The notes under the pieces were generated by a model. That model searched no databases and was not told where the DNA came from. It saw only the letters and a list, made by a program, of their open reading frames with translations. The translations under genes and the position numbers were made by a program. A DNA stretch of 64,000 nt from an uncultured bacterium (GTDB lineage: Bacteria > Patescibacteriota > Saccharimonadia > UBA4664 > SCTI01), in assembly GCA_963721685.1 (NCBI GenBank), contig CAVRJJ010000001.1, positions 132,870-196,869 of the forward strand, in the 5' to 3' direction. Below, piece after piece: positions 61,850 to 64,000 of this stretch; position 1 is the first letter of the stretch; each line of letters begins with the position of its first letter.

Positions 61850-63115
61850 ATGAACAAATTTAGCGAACTGACACAAGCCGAGTATGCCCGCCAGCGAGAC
61901 ACCTTAAATTTAATTGCATCAGAAAATTATCCTTCTCCAAAGGCCTTGGCCTTGATGGGCTCAATTTGGAGCACGAAGTACGCTGAAGGTTCTCCGGGGA
62001 AACGCTACTACGCCGGCGTAACACTGGCAGATGAAATGGAGCTGCTCGTTCAGCAAAAAGCGCTGGAAGTATACGACTCTACCGGCGAGTATGGCGTGAA
62101 TGTGCAGGTGCTATCCGGTTCTCCGGCTAATACCATGGTTTATCTGGCCATGCTGGAGCCTGGCGACAAGATCTTAAGCCTTAGCTTGGCTAATGGCGGC
62201 CACCTTTCCCATCTGCATGCCACCAGCAACTATAAAAAGTTTTTTGAGCATGAAACCTATGATGTCAAAGAGGTTGCCCCTGACACCTTTGAAGTCGATA
62301 TAGATGACTATATGGCAAAGCTAAAAAGCTACAAGCCAAAGCTCGTCATTATCGGGTTCTCAGCCTATCCCCGCAAGTATGAATTTGAGGCTATGTGTAG
62401 GGCCGCCCATGAAGCCGGCGCGTTGGTGTTGGCAGATATTGCACATATTAACGGGTTGGTAGCGGCGGGGCTGCATGATACGCCCTTTAAAGCTGGTGCG
62501 TCTGGAGCCGATTTTGTATCGATGACTACCCATAAGACGATGCGCGGACCGCGCGGTGCCATGCTGTTTGCCAAGAATGATTACATTGGTGACATTAATA
62601 AGACGATTTTTCCTGGCACCAGCGGCGGCCCGCACTTGCAGCAGATGGCGGGGATTGGTCAGTCCCTTCTTGAAATTCTTGGCGAAGACAACTATCCCGA
62701 CAATGTTGACTTCAAGACCTACAGCCAAACCGTACTGGATACTTCAACCGCCCTTGAATCAGGGTGTAAGGAGGCTGGGCTGGGTGTGGTAAGTCCTACT
62801 CAAAACCACTTGTGCCTCATTAAGCTGCCTGATGAAGTGGACAGCTTTGATTTTCAAAAGCGCCTGGAAGCGGTTGGCATTATCACCAACCGCAATATGC
62901 TGCCATTTGATACCAAATCGGCTTGGCGCCCTTCGGGGATGCGCTTTGGTACCGCCGCATTGGTTAGCCGCGGGCTTGATGTTGAGGGAGCCACAAAACT
63001 AGGCAAACTGATTGGCGGTATGGCAACTGGCAAAGTTGATGATGCCGGCGCAACGAGTGAAGTTAAGGATATGGTTTCCAGCTTGAAGTGGTACTACCCC
63101 GAATTTAAAGGGTAG
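61850..63115 (+). CDS. glyA: serine hydroxymethyltransferase (start trimmed to MNKFSELT)
   Basis: SENYPSP, the PLP-lysine motif [15 protein letters not shown], 421 aa. Confidence 0.92.
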   Translation: MNKFSELTQAEYARQRDTLNLIASENYPSPKALALMGSIWSTKYAEGSPGKRYYAGVTLADEMELLVQQKALEVYDSTGEYGVNVQVLSGSPANTMVYLAMLEPGDKILSLSLANGGHLSHLHATSNYKKFFEHETYDVKEVAPDTFEVDIDDYMAKLKSYKPKLVIIGFSAYPRKYEFEAMCRAAHEAGALVLADIAHINGLVAAGLHDTPFKAGASGADFVSMTTHKTMRGPRGAMLFAKNDYIGDINKTIFPGTSGGPHLQQMAGIGQSLLEILGEDNYPDNVDFKTYSQTVLDTSTALESGCKEAGLGVVSPTQNHLCLIKLPDEVDSFDFQKRLEAVGIITNRNMLPFDTKSAWRPSGMRFGTAALVSRGLDVEGATKLGKLIGGMATGKVDDAGATSEVKDMVSSLKWYYPEFKG

Positions 63116-63118
63116 TAT

Positions 63119-63275
63119 TGACGCTCATCTGATTATCAGATACAATTCTTTTGATTACTGAAGACCGGAGCAGCTGCAAGGCTTAATTGGCTCCCGAGGT
63201 AAACATTCAACCTAATTGGTTTGTCTGTTACGGTCTTCGGCTCAATCGCCGAAGTTTTTGTTTTAGGAGGCCTGC
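63119..63275 (+). promoter_or_regulatory. rplJ promoter (TTGACG-17-TACAAT) and L10-leader-like 5' UTR with terminator-like hairpin (CTTCGGC-TCAATC-GCCGAAG + TTTTTGTTTT)
   Basis: Motifs read directly. The arrangement resembles the autoregulatory L10(L12) leader/attenuator of Gram-positive-type rplJL operons. Confidence 0.5.
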
Positions 63276-63806
63276 GTGGCAATTACCCGCCAAGAAAAAG
63301 AACAGACCGTTATTCAGCTGCAGGATGAACTAGCCCAGCTGAAGCTGGTGGTGCTAACTGATTACCGTGGGCTGTCAGTTACTGAGATCAGCGAGTTACG
63401 CGGTAAGCTGCGCGACGAAGGTATGACCTACCGGGTTACTAAAAACACCTTGCTGCGCATTGCGGCAAAAAACATTCCCTCCCTGGCAGCTATTGATCCG
63501 GCAACTTTTACCGGCCCAATGGCCCTAGCCATTAGCACGACCGATGAGGTGGCGCCGGCCCGAGTGGTTTTCCAGTACGCCAAGGAGCATCAAGCGCTGG
63601 AAATAGTGGGTGCGTTAACCGGTGAAGGTGAGCTTCTCTCGGTTGCCCAGGTTAAGGCCCTGGCTACCCTGCCAACCCGCGAGCAGCTGCTAGGCCAATT
63701 GGTGGGTACTATTGCCGCCCCAATCAGTAGCCTGGTGGGAGTGATGGGGGCGAACGTCCGCAGTATTGTGCTGGTACTAAATGCAATTAAAGAAGTTAAA
63801 GAATAA
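63276..63806 (+). CDS. rplJ: 50S ribosomal protein L10
   Basis: 176 aa in synteny position before rplL. Confidence 0.92.
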   Translation: MAITRQEKEQTVIQLQDELAQLKLVVLTDYRGLSVTEISELRGKLRDEGMTYRVTKNTLLRIAAKNIPSLAAIDPATFTGPMALAISTTDEVAPARVVFQYAKEHQALEIVGALTGEGELLSVAQVKALATLPTREQLLGQLVGTIAAPISSLVGVMGANVRSIVLVLNAIKEVKE

Positions 63807-63818
63807 CAAGGAGATATC

Positions 63819-64000
63819 ATGGCAGACGAAGCAACTGCAGCTGAAGTAAAGCAAGTTCCCAAGAAATTTAAAGAGTTAGTTGAGCAGATTGATAAGCTCA
63901 GCGTACTTGAATTAAGTGAGCTGGTTAAAGTATTGGAAGACCACTACGGTGTTTCGGCCGCCGCCCCTATGGCCATGGCCGCCGCACCGGCCGGTGGAGG
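63819..64000 (+). CDS. rplL: 50S ribosomal protein L7/L12 (5' fragment, continues past the window)
   Basis: N-terminus ...[24 protein letters not shown] followed by the Ala/Pro hinge. The ORF is open to the window end. Confidence 0.9.
   Translation, partial: MADEATAAEVKQVPKKFKELVEQIDKLSVLELSELVKVLEDHYGVSAAAPMAMAAAPAGG

Noticed and set aside
60878-61876. Extended starts for thyA (61876) and glyA (61697) as given in the ORF track
   Set aside because: The extensions overlap each other on opposite strands and have no homology. The conserved N-termini ([16 protein letters not shown]) give starts at 61795 and 61850.

Overview
This window is dominated by the translation and transcription core of a small bacterial genome, with six islands of non-ribosomal genes between the conserved blocks.

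Conserved blocks (+ strand unless noted):
- rpoB-rpoC-rpsL-rpsG, then fusA, then tuf-rpsJ.
- The S10/spc/alpha ribosomal operons rplC through rplQ-rplM-rpsI, including secY, infA, rpmJ and rpoA.
- A tRNA-Thr/Tyr/Thr cluster, rpmG and tRNA-Trp.
- secE-nusG-rplK-rplA, and later rplJ-rplL (3' partial).

Between these blocks sit:
- guaA.
- A pyrimidine/PRPP cluster: pyrE, pyrF, pyrD, prs.
- rarA plus membrane proteins of unknown function.
- A cell-envelope cluster: a kinase-like/methyltransferase fusion, an LTA-synthase-like sulfatase and a CvpA-trypsin (MarP-like) protease.
- msrB, zwf and a class IIb Asp/Asn-tRNA synthetase.
- A thymidylate-cycle cluster between rplA and rplJ: dcd, tmk, folA, thyA, glyA.

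Host GC is roughly 45-50%. The genome lacks ribosomal protein L30, has a type-Z S14, carries N- or C-terminal extensions on L1, L22 and L17, and shows tightly overlapping genes. On that basis I infer a CPR/Saccharibacteria-like reduced genome; this is an inference, not a proven placement.

The most unusual signal is two short cassettes with a clearly foreign composition: about 60% GC with a very high third-codon-position GC, an actinobacterial-like codon usage. One is wedged between guaA and fusA (about 10.6-11.5 kb). The other lies immediately 3' of tRNA-Trp (about 41.9-42.8 kb). Each encodes a ~150-160 aa soluble protein of unknown function followed by a short hydrophobic membrane peptide, and each ORF has a strong Shine-Dalgarno sequence. 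They are candidate inter-phylum horizontally acquired two-gene modules, possibly toxin/immunity-like or host-interaction modules.

No rRNA genes, CRISPR arrays or recognisable transposases were seen.
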